59,850 nucleotides of DNA from an uncultured virus (IMG/VR IMGVR_UViG_3300036768_000388) (lineage: Duplodnaviria > Heunggongvirae > Uroviricota > Caudoviricetes), in the IMG/VR virus record IMGVR_UViG_3300036768_000388, positions 1-59,850 of that record; one strand, written 5' to 3'. Shown piece by piece: positions 9,733-19,597 of this stretch (the stretch's first letter is position 1; every line of letters begins with the position of its first letter). Under the pieces are notes generated by a model. It searched no databases. It was given only the letters and a program-made list of their open reading frames with translations, and was not told where the DNA came from. The position numbers and the translations under genes are program-made.

Positions 9733-10586
9733 TGGGTAAATTAAAAAAGATATTTAGTGGGTTTATTGAAGTTATTAGTCACGTATTATCATTCTTAGCG
9801 ATGACTACATTAGTTTTTGTGAGTTTTATTACTCTAGTTTTTGCTGTAGCAAAAGCCCCAGAAATACATAGCTACCTATTACGTCATAAAGTCGGTGAAA
9901 AAGTATACAAGATAACAAACGATACGCATAAAGGTAGCGGTACTGGATTCGCTATCAAGGGAGATAGTGGGACAACATATATTGCCACAAACGATCATAT
10001 ATGTGAAATTTCATCAGATAAGCAACATATGATCTTAATTTCAAAAGATGGCGAAATTATTCGTAGAAGGATTATAGAGAGATCTGGTTATTCAGATCTA
10101 TGTTTAATCGAAGCCCCACCTGAGGTTGAAGGCTTAGATATGGGGAGTAAACCTAGCATTGGGCAGATCATTGCTTCTATAGGTCATCCAAATGGTTACG
10201 ATCAAACTCTCTCGCGTGGTGAGATCATCATGAGAGAGACAATAGCAATCCCAAAAGGACCAATTAGTCAAATACTTTCTGATGGTTCGGAGAAACTTGC
10301 TCCAGCTGAGTACGGCGGAATCTTAGAGCAAGATTGTCGCTTACCAAAGAATGAAATCGATGTTAAAGAGATAAACATGATGTTTATGGTTATCAAGATA
10401 AAGCAATGTATAAATGTTACTTATAGAGCATATATCACTAACATGCTAATTCAACCTGGTTCATCTGGGTCACCTGCAGTTAATTTCTGGGGTAACGTTG
10501 TAGGTGTAGTTTTTGCTACAGACTCTGCTGGTTGGGCATCTGTCGTATCTTACGACGATCTAAGAGATCTACTTAAAAAGTACTAA
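9732..10586 (+). CDS. trypsin-like serine protease with N-terminal membrane anchor
   Basis: GSGTGF, TNDHIC, DLCL, PGSSGSP. Confidence 0.9.
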   Translation: MGKLKKIFSGFIEVISHVLSFLAMTTLVFVSFITLVFAVAKAPEIHSYLLRHKVGEKVYKITNDTHKGSGTGFAIKGDSGTTYIATNDHICEISSDKQHMILISKDGEIIRRRIIERSGYSDLCLIEAPPEVEGLDMGSKPSIGQIIASIGHPNGYDQTLSRGEIIMRETIAIPKGPISQILSDGSEKLAPAEYGGILEQDCRLPKNEIDVKEINMMFMVIKIKQCINVTYRAYITNMLIQPGSSGSPAVNFWGNVVGVVFATDSAGWASVVSYDDLRDLLKKY

Positions 10587-10627
10587 TAATAAATATCTGA
10601 TCGTATAACCCTCTATATGGAGGGTTT

Positions 10628-11551
10628 ATGTCTATAACTAAACCTATGCTAGCCGCAAGTATGGAAAACTCTAAAGGCGAGCAGATGTCTTTTAAAGATT
10701 TAAAATATCCTCTAATAGCTTCAATTAAATTAGATGGTATTCGCTGTCTTAGAGTTAACGGACAAACATTGTCCCGCTCATTCAAACCTATTCCTAATAA
10801 GTATGTTCAAAAGATGATGGCATCTTTACCAGATGGTTTAGATGGCGAGTTGGTTACGTATAATTCAGATGGTTCTGCAAGAACATTCAATGAGGTTCAG
10901 TCAGATATTATGTCTGAGGATGGTGAACCTAACTTTAAGTTTGAGATATTTGATTATGTTAAAGATACAGTTGATCGTCGATATGATGATCGTTTAGCTG
11001 ATCTAAATAAACTATCCAACTCTCTTCCTAGCTTCTGTTCACTTGTTGTTCAAGTTGTTATCAATAGTGTTGATGAGCTAGAGCAATACGAAGAGAGTGT
11101 TATTGCTCAAGGTCATGAAGGTGTGATGACAAGAAGCCTTAATGGTCCATATAAATGTGGCCGCGCTACATTTAAAAGTCAAGATTTAATTAAGATTAAG
11201 CGTTTCGTAGATAGCGAAGCGGTAATCATTGGATTTGAGGAGAAGTTAAGAAATGGAAACGAAGCAGAAGTTGATGAGCTTGGGCATACTAAACGTAGTA
11301 GTGCTAAAGCTGGCCTTATTCCCGCCGGAACACTTGGCACTCTACTTGTTCGTGATATTAAAGATGGTAGAGAATTTGGTATAGGTACTTACAAAGGCTT
11401 AAAGAAAGAAGATCTACAAGAGATTTGGAATAATAGAGATAAGTACCTTGGTAAGATCGTAAAGTATCAATATCAATTAGTTGGTACTAAAGATAACCCA
11501 CGAATTCCCTCATTTCAAGGGTTTAGAGATGAAAGGGATATGAGTGAGTAA
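10628..11551 (+). CDS. lig: ATP-dependent DNA ligase
   Basis: KLDGIR, DGEL, IFD, EGVM, KIK motifs and C-terminal OB fold. Confidence 0.95.
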   Translation: MSITKPMLAASMENSKGEQMSFKDLKYPLIASIKLDGIRCLRVNGQTLSRSFKPIPNKYVQKMMASLPDGLDGELVTYNSDGSARTFNEVQSDIMSEDGEPNFKFEIFDYVKDTVDRRYDDRLADLNKLSNSLPSFCSLVVQVVINSVDELEQYEESVIAQGHEGVMTRSLNGPYKCGRATFKSQDLIKIKRFVDSEAVIIGFEEKLRNGNEAEVDELGHTKRSSAKAGLIPAGTLGTLLVRDIKDGREFGIGTYKGLKKEDLQEIWNNRDKYLGKIVKYQYQLVGTKDNPRIPSFQGFRDERDMSE

Positions 11552-11613
11552 AGATTTTGCAATGACACTAATAGAAGAACATTTCAATAAAACAGTGAAT
11601 GGTAGGAGAAATT

Positions 11614-12186
11614 ATGAATAAGCTTTATATGCCACTCGATAACGAAACTGGGGGCTTAGGAGATGATGTATCTCTTTTGTCAACTTATCTTGAAGTAGTT
11701 GATGAGCAATTTAACGTTGTAGACTCTTTAGAACTTTATGTAAAACCTAATGATGGTGTTTATAGAGTTGAAGCAGAAGGTTTAAGTATTAATAAGATAA
11801 ATCTTATAGAACACGATAAGATTGCTTTAACTTATTCTGAAGCTGGTCAAAAGCTATTTAAGTTCTTGCAGAAGAACTCTCAAGATGGAAAGATTAAACT
11901 TATTCCCCTAGGCAAGAATGTTCAGTTTGATATTGCTGGTCTACAAAAACACCTACTATCTAAAACCAACATGGAGAAGTTTGTCTCTTATAGAGAGATC
12001 GACATTACTGGTCTAGCTATGGGATTACAAATCGTAGGCAAGCTACCACCAAAAATGTCATTATCCTTAACTTTACTCGCTGAATATCCTAAAGTCCATG
12101 ACTTGGTTCCTGATAATACACATGAGGCAAAGTATGATACTCAAGCAACAGTACTTGTGTATAAGAGGCTTCTGGAGATGCTATGA
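11614..12186 (+). CDS. DEDDh 3'-5' exonuclease
   Basis: DNETGG, KNVQFD, HEAKYD motifs. Confidence 0.85.
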   Translation: MNKLYMPLDNETGGLGDDVSLLSTYLEVVDEQFNVVDSLELYVKPNDGVYRVEAEGLSINKINLIEHDKIALTYSEAGQKLFKFLQKNSQDGKIKLIPLGKNVQFDIAGLQKHLLSKTNMEKFVSYREIDITGLAMGLQIVGKLPPKMSLSLTLLAEYPKVHDLVPDNTHEAKYDTQATVLVYKRLLEML

Positions 12187-12476
12187 ATAAAACCTCTAAA
12201 GAGATAATGTGCTTGAAACGTCTAGAAGAATTAACAAATCAATTAGATGACGTATTAATGTTCTTGAGAGATGAGGGGTTAATAAACGACAGTTACATCA
12301 AGAAAGCTAAGCTATCTCCAGATTGTGCAAAAGAGGTTCAATTAATTCTCTCTGACCTAAAGAGAGATAGTAAGTTGCAGATGTTGAACTTCAACTGGTC
12401 CCTGCTTCCTATAGAGAATATATCTTTATATATCGTTACTGATAGGAACAGTAGGGAGTTTGTTTTTAATGGGTAA
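12183..12476 (+). CDS. hypothetical protein
   Basis: ATGA overlap. Confidence 0.65.
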   Translation: MNKTSKEIMCLKRLEELTNQLDDVLMFLRDEGLINDSYIKKAKLSPDCAKEVQLILSDLKRDSKLQMLNFNWSLLPIENISLYIVTDRNSREFVFNG

Positions 12477-12495
12477 ACACCTAGAATAATCTCTT

Positions 12496-12586
12496 TAGGG
12501 AGATATGTGAGAGTTTAATGAAAGAATACGGTGGCGATGATATTTACTTCATCGCGCTACAAAACTATATAACGCATATCTTTCTG
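12496..12586 (+). ncRNA. candidate rod-shaped small RNA
   Basis: 14-bp closing stem with G-U pairs, inner GCGATGA/TCATCGC stem, TAGAAT at 12482-12487. Confidence 0.3.
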
Positions 12587-12652
12587 GGCCAGATTTTGAT
12601 ATTTGTATAATAATCGTAAGAAGCGTTTTGTAATTTTTTATTCGGAGGTTTT

Positions 12653-13069
12653 ATGTCTAAGAGTCAAAAGCAATCAGTAGTAGATGAAGTAATGTTAGCT
12701 TTACCTAACTTTGTTAAGTACTCTGATAATGCAATATTACTACTTTCTTCTCAGCAGTTAGAGAACATTAAAGCTAATGTCTTTAGCGGTATTATTAATG
12801 GCACAATTGAGTATAGTAAAGATATCAATAACCATGCAGAAGTGCGATCTTATGCAAGAAGTATGGTTATGAATCATCTTAAGAAAGCTAAAGAATTAAA
12901 TGGTGGAAATACTTATACTAGTTCTAGCACTGGCGGCGCTAATCACGTTAACTCAAAGAGCAGTACTTTATCTACTTCTAAAGTATCTAGACAAAGACTA
13001 GCCCCTAAAGGCGTTAATCCAGATCTTTTGACAGAAGAGTTAAAAGAGTATGCACAAACACTTGTCTAA
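12653..13069 (+). CDS. hypothetical protein
   Basis: TATAAT 12606-12611, GGAGG RBS. Confidence 0.75.
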   Translation: MSKSQKQSVVDEVMLALPNFVKYSDNAILLLSSQQLENIKANVFSGIINGTIEYSKDINNHAEVRSYARSMVMNHLKKAKELNGGNTYTSSSTGGANHVNSKSSTLSTSKVSRQRLAPKGVNPDLLTEELKEYAQTLV

Positions 13070-13187
13070 TGATATTTCATTAGGTGATTATGCAGATATA
13101 GTTCAAAAATTTGAATTATTTCTTTACAAGTTAAATATTGGCTTTCATTTAAAGCCAATTAGCTGTTATTCTTTCTCATTGAAGCAT

Positions 13188-13258
13188 AGCGGGGATCGAG
13201 CAGCGTCGACTCACCGGTCTAATAAGCCGGAAAGCATATCTGGTTAGACTCCGCAACT
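13188..13258 (+). pseudogene. degenerate initiator-type tRNA-Met (loop CT-AAT-AA, T arm lost)
   Basis: GCGGGG..GAGCAGC..ACTC, CCGGT/GCCGG anticodon stem, CTCCGCAAC 3' end as in bacterial tRNA-fMet. Confidence 0.6.
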
Positions 13259-13410
13259 AATTTTATGAAAAATACTAAACACTTACATATATGGCCTGCA
13301 ATAGACTTTATTAAGCTTTTAAATAAACTTAAACCACGTGATCCTTTAGATAAACCATTATCTATGAGCTCTGTTGAGCAGTTCTGCAATCGCGTGTATA
13401 AAGGTACCCG

Positions 13411-14418
13411 ATGAGCGATATAAAATTACAAAAAGTTATATTAGGACCAGATTGGATAGATTTAAGTTTTGGTGAACCTGTCGTTATTACAGAAGCATTG
13501 TATAGAAACTTAAATCGCATGGGAGATCCCATGCAGATGCCATCATTTCATGATTTGTGTAATTGGACGTATCAACCTGCATCTGGTAAGCCAGATCTAG
13601 TTAAGATATTAGAGGATAAGTATGACTCAAAGGTGGTTGTCGCCAACGGTGCTAAACAAGCCCTCGGTGCTGCATTATTTGCATTTAAAAGCGCAGGATA
13701 CTCTGATATATGGTATGACACCCCCTATTATCCTGCCAACCCTAGCCTTATTGAGTCTGTTGGACTCACTAGGAGTGAGTTTGGAACAGCATCATCGTTA
13801 CTAGTTACTAGCCCAAATAATCCAGATGGACTGAATTACTCTAATCAAGAGATAGATTGCTTTTCTAGAAAAGTGCCTATCATACATGACGCAGCATACT
13901 ACTCTCCTATATATTTACCAGAAGGTCAAGAAGTTAAACATCTAGGTAATATACAGATATTCTCCGCATCAAAGATGTATGGGTTAAGTGGCTTAAGAAT
14001 AGGTTATGCTGTTTGCCATGATGAGAGATTCTATAAAGATATGGTTAACTATATAGAAGCAACTACAGCTGGTGTTTCTACTCTATCTCAAGATGTTGTT
14101 CGCAACATAGAGATTCTTTTTAAAGAGAATCCAACATGGTATCAGCAATTTGTAAAAGAAGCTAGATCTCGTCTTCTTGATTCTAGAAAAGAGTTACTTA
14201 ACTTAGATCCAGATGTATTGGAAGTTATACAACCACAAAGCAACAGCATGTTTGCTTGGTGTAAGGTGGGACCAAAATTAGATAACACATCTGCAAAAGT
14301 ATACATGCTTCCTGGAGAGATATTTGGTAGAACTGGATATATGCGTTTAAATATAGCATTACCGAGTGATGTTATACGCAAAGCAGTGTCAAGACTGAAT
14401 TCTAATAAGAGGAGCTAG
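13411..14418 (+). CDS. PLP-dependent aminotransferase class I/II
   Basis: NGAKQAL, SPNNPDG, HDAAY, SASKMYGLSGLRIGY (PLP lysine), MRL. Confidence 0.92.
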   Translation: MSDIKLQKVILGPDWIDLSFGEPVVITEALYRNLNRMGDPMQMPSFHDLCNWTYQPASGKPDLVKILEDKYDSKVVVANGAKQALGAALFAFKSAGYSDIWYDTPYYPANPSLIESVGLTRSEFGTASSLLVTSPNNPDGLNYSNQEIDCFSRKVPIIHDAAYYSPIYLPEGQEVKHLGNIQIFSASKMYGLSGLRIGYAVCHDERFYKDMVNYIEATTAGVSTLSQDVVRNIEILFKENPTWYQQFVKEARSRLLDSRKELLNLDPDVLEVIQPQSNSMFAWCKVGPKLDNTSAKVYMLPGEIFGRTGYMRLNIALPSDVIRKAVSRLNSNKRS

Positions 14419-14447
14419 GTAGATCGTAGAGCTTTAAAAAGAAGTTT

Positions 14448-14630
14448 TTGGGGCGCGCTTTTGGAAGGTTAGTTGGAGTCATGCTCGGTGCTGGAGCCGG
14501 TTCATTGCTATACCAAACTATCGGCAGCTCTTCAACTTTATCTATTGGGCTTGCAACATTATTAGCTATTGCTGGTTTTATATTAATTTGGTTCGCAGAA
14601 TATGAAAGAGAGAGAGTTCTAAATGACTAA
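14448..14630 (+). CDS. small two-TM membrane protein
   Basis: two hydrophobic segments; start uncertain. Confidence 0.5.
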   Translation: MGRAFGRLVGVMLGAGAGSLLYQTIGSSSTLSIGLATLLAIAGFILIWFAEYERERVLND

Positions 14631-15030
14631 ATCTGAGTTACTTTCTAAAATGAAAGAGCACCAACAAGCGTATGCTAAATACGCAGCAGAATTGAAAGCT
14701 ATCTCTGCAGCTGAAGAGCAAAAAGCGTATGAAGAGAGACAGCTTGCAAGATTGGAAGAGTATAAGGCTAAATATAGATTCTTTGTAAATAATGATGATA
14801 CTATTAAAGAAATAGATTGGGAAGAAGTAGAGAAGTTAATAAAAACCTCTTTCAATCAAAACTTAGGATATTCTTTAGGGTTTGACCAAAACGGTATGGA
14901 AGGTCTAGGATATGGAGATTCTAGTGGTGGACAATTCATTCCCATGGTTGAAGACGAGATTGAGGGTCAAAGATTTCTTGCTAGAGATAAGCGAAGAAAA
15001 GAATTCGCGGCTAAATTAAAACCAAAGTAG
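14623..15030 (+). CDS. hypothetical coiled-coil protein
   Basis: 135-aa ORF. Confidence 0.7.
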   Translation: MTKSELLSKMKEHQQAYAKYAAELKAISAAEEQKAYEERQLARLEEYKAKYRFFVNNDDTIKEIDWEEVEKLIKTSFNQNLGYSLGFDQNGMEGLGYGDSSGGQFIPMVEDEIEGQRFLARDKRRKEFAAKLKPK

Positions 15031-15035
15031 GTTGT

Positions 15036-15836
15036 ATGTATAATAATGAAGTTACTTATGCTAAAGAGTTCGACACAGAGAAGAATAAACAGGCCTATGA
15101 AGAGCTAGAAGCAAAATACTTCGACAGATCATACTGTGCACCATCTTGCCCTATTGGCTGGGCACCAGAAGTTCTAGATCTTTTAGAGAGAATCGATAAA
15201 GAGCTAGGTATTGAGCGGAATACTTCTACTATTAGAGGATACTATGTTGAAGGTACTCCATTTGAATGGTTTCTCAAAGAGCCAATCACCAACTTCTTTT
15301 CCTCCTTAAAAGAGATGATTACTGGCGACGAGAGTGTTAGGAACTACTATCCAACCTTTAGATCAAAGGTTCTTAGATTAGTTAAGGACACTACGATGCC
15401 TATTTTGTATGGCAATAAAGCTATTAGAGTTAAATACATTAATAACCTAATTAATAATTTAAAAAAACCTAAATTTAGATTGGATCAAGTTAAGGAGAAG
15501 TACGGTGAGTTAAATATCCACTACGCTTGTCCTGACCACTTTAAAGATTGGGTTGACAAAGAGATCAGAAAGACCATTATTAAGCTATCGCAAAAAGGTT
15601 GTTATTACCCACTTGAATCTTTATATAATTACGCAACTATTGAGTATGTGTCAGATACAGACTCTGTAGATAGAGATATAGTTGAAGTTATAGAGTACAC
15701 TAATTATAAAAATGAACCTGCTAAAAAGATTAGAAAAACAACATATCGCTCACTTATGAGTGAGATGGGTATTAACATGAAAGATATTGCTATTAAGGCA
15801 ATGGTCTTAGAAGGTAGTAAAAAGGGAATGCCGTAG
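15036..15836 (+). CDS. conserved phage hypothetical protein (GW...QVKEKxG.L family)
   Basis: CPIGW and LDQVKEKYGELNIHY motifs. Confidence 0.7.
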   Translation: MYNNEVTYAKEFDTEKNKQAYEELEAKYFDRSYCAPSCPIGWAPEVLDLLERIDKELGIERNTSTIRGYYVEGTPFEWFLKEPITNFFSSLKEMITGDESVRNYYPTFRSKVLRLVKDTTMPILYGNKAIRVKYINNLINNLKKPKFRLDQVKEKYGELNIHYACPDHFKDWVDKEIRKTIIKLSQKGCYYPLESLYNYATIEYVSDTDSVDRDIVEVIEYTNYKNEPAKKIRKTTYRSLMSEMGINMKDIAIKAMVLEGSKKGMP

Positions 15837-16361
15837 TGGGTATAACTGTAAAAATGCAGACAGAGATGTTGAAGAGTGAAAGCTTATATAAGTTTAACTA
15901 TCATAGAGTAATATACAATAAATTCATGCATAAGGGTTATGGTGTATTATATGGGTATAAACTTCAGTATCACCGCAGGTTATAGATACGACCCACTTAG
16001 TAAGAAATATAGCTCTACTCTTATGGGATTAATAGGAAGGGCTGGAAATGCTCTGGCGAAGGCTATATCATTGACAGTTATCATATAGGTAAAACTGATG
16101 AGTAATATACCAAATATTTTAAAAAAGTTAACTGATATTAGACGTAAAGGGGACCCAACAATCGGTCTCCAGTATAATAATTTCAATACTCATATAGGTA
16201 TTAGTTCTCATATCTACTCTGTAGATATTGCTAGAACGCCAAGAATTGTTTCTAATGATTTAGAATTTATTGACGTCATGGCTAAAGTATACAAGATAAA
16301 TTCTTGTGCTCGCTATGTGAACTTAAAGATGAGAAATTTTACTGGAGGGACATTAGTATGA
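15837..16361 (+). pseudogene. fragmented ORF remnants
   Basis: coding-like stretches broken by stops, followed by an 87-aa ORF at 16098-16361. Confidence 0.35.
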
Positions 16362-17350
16362 GTGGTGAAGGTAAGTTTATTCTAAAGAAAAAGACTTCTT
16401 TTGAAGATATGTCTAATGGCTCTGTAACTGAGTTACCTGAGAGTGATCTATGCTTCCAAGATGGTAAGAACATCTACCAATATAAATTTGAAAAACCAGA
16501 AGACGATCGTCAATACGAGATTAAGCCTGGAACATTCATCTTGCAAGATACCTCTCAAGGTGTTGAGATGCGTAAGCTTGAGTTTAAGAAGAGATCTCTA
16601 TTAGAGACAGTTGCAAACACTTCTAGAATTATGGCAGAAGCTAAGAAGTTCTTCTCACGTTTACATATATATGAAAAATTAGGTCGCAATAAGAAGCGTG
16701 GAGTACTACTATACTCTAATCCTGGTATGGGTAAAACTTCAGCTATTGAAAAGGTTTGTTTAGACTTACTAGTAGAAGATCCAGGTACGGTTATTGTAGT
16801 TTGGCCCACTTCTGAAATCGAAGCAGATAGAATTGTCAAGATGTTGAGTACAAACTCTAAGTACACTAAAGAGTGCACTCGCATGGTATTAATTATCGAG
16901 GACATTGGTGGCGGAGAGTCAGAGAGACATAGATCTAACAGTGTAGTTGATTCTGGCTTATTAAATCTACTAGATGGAGTTGGCTTAATCTTTAAGCTTC
17001 CTACATTCATCATCGCTACTACAAACCACCCTGAGAGCTTATTATCATCTTTAGCTGATAGACCTGGTCGTTTTGACTTAATGCTTAAATTACAACCACC
17101 TTCTCATGAAGAGAAGATTAAGTTAATGGAGTTCATCTGTAAACGCGAACTTTCTCAAGAAGAAAAAGATTGTTTAGGTGTTAAAGGTACAGAAGATTTC
17201 TCTGTTGCTCACTTAGAAGAGATTGCAGTGCGAGCTGAACTTGATGATAAAACTCATGCTGAAGTAATTAAAGAGATTATCGACCACAAAGAATTATTCA
17301 AACGTGACTTTGAAGAGCGCGAGAGAAGAATGGGGATGGGCTTTGATTAA
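16358..17350 (+). CDS. AAA+ ATPase
   Basis: PGMGKT Walker A, LIIEDI Walker B, LLNLLDG, ATTN, RPGRFD; GGAGG RBS before ATG 16358. Confidence 0.9.
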   Translation: MSGEGKFILKKKTSFEDMSNGSVTELPESDLCFQDGKNIYQYKFEKPEDDRQYEIKPGTFILQDTSQGVEMRKLEFKKRSLLETVANTSRIMAEAKKFFSRLHIYEKLGRNKKRGVLLYSNPGMGKTSAIEKVCLDLLVEDPGTVIVVWPTSEIEADRIVKMLSTNSKYTKECTRMVLIIEDIGGGESERHRSNSVVDSGLLNLLDGVGLIFKLPTFIIATTNHPESLLSSLADRPGRFDLMLKLQPPSHEEKIKLMEFICKRELSQEEKDCLGVKGTEDFSVAHLEEIAVRAELDDKTHAEVIKEIIDHKELFKRDFEERERRMGMGFD

Positions 17351-17364
17351 GTCCATGAATTCTA

Positions 17365-17574
17365 ATGGAAAATTGGAAGAACTATTTTGAAGTAAAAGAA
17401 GTTGATGAGAGTGAAGAAGAACATTGGGCGTTAGATGTGTTCGAATATCACTTAATTAATAAACATACTGGTGAAGTTCTTGGTATATATAAAGATAAGA
17501 GATATGCTGAGAAGCAAGCAAAATATAAGTATAAGAAGATTCTCAGTAAGCTTGAAAAGAGTTTATTAGGTTAA
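17365..17574 (+). CDS. hypothetical protein
   Basis: 69-aa ORF. Confidence 0.6.
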   Translation: MENWKNYFEVKEVDESEEEHWALDVFEYHLINKHTGEVLGIYKDKRYAEKQAKYKYKKILSKLEKSLLG

Positions 17575-17610
17575 ATCCATATTGTGTTTAGATTTGTCCT
17601 AAAGCCCTTA

Positions 17611-17780
17611 GCATACTGGGAAGGTATGCCGGAAATTGGTTTTAGCGAAAGCCATGCAGCACTCTAGTAGTGGCCGTAGCGACTGAGGACCGTAAAGCAT
17701 GATGCAGGTTGAGTGGTGGGCGCGCTTTTGTGCCCATATTCCTTTTATGAACTTGTATGGAGGATAGAGATTTCATAAGG
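17611..17780. ncRNA. candidate multi-hairpin RNA
   Basis: ORF-free stretch, richer in GC than its surroundings, with at least four consecutive hairpins. Confidence 0.3.
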
Positions 17781-17861
17781 ACTCAAGTGTAGCTAGATAT
17801 AACTATATCGGCAAATCTATAAAATCCAGACATGGAATTATGTATCGAAAACTTAGTTGTA

Positions 17862-18665
17862 CTACTCAGGCTTCTTGGGCTCAGTGCCGTCTTGAACGAT
17901 GGGTGAATCATCTACAAATAGATGTGGATCAGCCGCTTCTTTCTTAACTTCATTAAATTCTAATTTAGGTACTTTAACTTTATTAATCCTAGAATAAAGA
18001 TCCCTAATAAGATCCTTCATCTCTTTAATGTTTGGCTCTCTCTTAAGAGCAGCATATCTCATCTTTCTTAAGTTACCGCGCTTTTTAGGTTCTAAGATCT
18101 TATCAGCTAACCCTAACGACACCGCTTCGTACGCAGACATATGTAGATCACGCTGACATACATCTTCCCAGAAATCTGCAGGCATGCGACTGTTCTCTTC
18201 ATATATGTGATATAAGATCTTCATTAGCCTTCTATCTTCTGTAGCTTTAACTTGAATATCTGTATGTCTACCATCAGATGAAGTTGATAGTTCATGAACC
18301 ATTACAGTAGCATTTGGATATAGATACCTCTCGTCGCAGGCAGCCATTATGAAAGTGGCTGAGGACATGATTGCTCCACCACCGTAGAACTTAATTTGAC
18401 ATGGGCATGCTAGGATCTCATCGTGTAGTCGTAGCATAGCGTAAATGTCGCCTCCGTAAGAAGACATATGTAACTCAATTGGTTTACCTGGTGCATCCTT
18501 AGCCATTCTATGAAGTGCTCTAATAGCATACTCAACTGAGGCTGTAGAAAAGTCAGTACTTTCATTAGGTTCAGCTGAGTCTAAGTTAATACCAAAGTAG
18601 ATACGGCGATTTTTTAAGTCGACCCCGTAGGCTAAATTGTCAGTTAACTCAGTAAATGTAGCCAT
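17862..18665 (-). CDS. clpP: ClpP-like protease (paralog 2)
   Basis: RRIY, LHMSSYGG, AIMSSA, VMVHE, RD..MSA.EA..LGLAD; own TATAAT 18699-18704. Confidence 0.88.
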   Translation of the reverse strand: MATFTELTDNLAYGVDLKNRRIYFGINLDSAEPNESTDFSTASVEYAIRALHRMAKDAPGKPIELHMSSYGGDIYAMLRLHDEILACPCQIKFYGGGAIMSSATFIMAACDERYLYPNATVMVHELSTSSDGRHTDIQVKATEDRRLMKILYHIYEENSRMPADFWEDVCQRDLHMSAYEAVSLGLADKILEPKKRGNLRKMRYAALKREPNIKEMKDLIRDLYSRINKVKVPKLEFNEVKKEAADPHLFVDDSPIVQDGTEPKKPE

Positions 18666-18721
18666 TTAAACTTACTCCCTGGTAAAATAGATATAGGTAT
18701 TATACCTGGTGAGGAACGAAC

Positions 18722-19189
18722 GTGAAGAAAGAAGAGCTAATCTATCTAACTTTGAGGCAACTAAAAGACAGTCTAAAGACTTCGCCTCAAAACTTCAGAA
18801 TTGAAGATCCTGAGTTGGGTAGTATTAATGGCGGCTTTCATGGACCTACGATTATCTGGCAGTTTAAAGTTGAGATAAAGCCAGGTGAATTTATAACTGA
18901 TCCACTCAATGCTACTAAGACTGTAATAGTTACACATAATAGAGTTCGCAATGAGATAACTTGCCTAATATACTTCAGAGAAGTTAATGCTGCAAGCTCC
19001 GCTATGATGCCAGAAACACAAGCAGTATTTAAGTTACACAAATGGTCATTCATCAATAGAACGTATCGACAGTTCGAATCAATTAGAAAAGACTTAATTA
19101 AGATGCGTAGACAAAAAGAGTATGTTGATTACTTGCAAAAACTTAATAAGATCTTCCCTTCAACTCACGAAGAAGACTTATTTAAGTAG
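18722..19189 (+). CDS. hypothetical protein
   Basis: GAGG RBS, TGGTAAAAT upstream. Confidence 0.7.
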   Translation: MKKEELIYLTLRQLKDSLKTSPQNFRIEDPELGSINGGFHGPTIIWQFKVEIKPGEFITDPLNATKTVIVTHNRVRNEITCLIYFREVNAASSAMMPETQAVFKLHKWSFINRTYRQFESIRKDLIKMRRQKEYVDYLQKLNKIFPSTHEEDLFK

Positions 19190-19270
19190 ATAATCCGAAA
19201 CAAATAACCTCTGTAATTAGAAAATACCTAATGTTGTATTTTCTGAATTTATATTAACTTAGAGGTTATC

Positions 19271-19597
19271 ATGTCAAAGAAACTAAAAGTAGAAAGTATA
19301 GAAGAATATCTTGCAAGAGGTAACACCATTAAGATTCTTCCCACTGTTGAATATAAGCGCCAACCGGATGTTATCCGTAAAACCGTTGTTGGTCCAGCGA
19401 TATTCTTAACGCTTGAGGAAGCAGATTTATATTATGGTGAAGCAAAAGAGAATCTAAAACCAAAGAAACAAAAACAATCACCACGCATTGACATCAATGC
19501 TCTACCGGAAGCTTTAAGAGCTAAAATACTTAAAAGAATTAAGGAGGAATCTCTTGGCGAAGAAGAAGACTTCTACGAAGAAGAAGATCAAGACTAA
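19271..19597 (+). CDS. putative SutA-like RNA polymerase-binding protein
   Basis: IEEYLARGNTIKIL resembles the SutA core (EEFLxRGGKVxxI); acidic tail. Confidence 0.5.
   Translation: MSKKLKVESIEEYLARGNTIKILPTVEYKRQPDVIRKTVVGPAIFLTLEEADLYYGEAKENLKPKKQKQSPRIDINALPEALRAKILKRIKEESLGEEEDFYEEEDQD

Noticed and set aside
17641-17700. Hammerhead ribozyme (GAAA and CTGAGGA words)
   Set aside because: The core-adjacent pairs of stems II and III mismatch, and stem I is too short.
14450-17730. GGGCGCGCTTTTG found at about 14451 and 17718
   Set aside because: Only two copies in unrelated contexts; likely chance.
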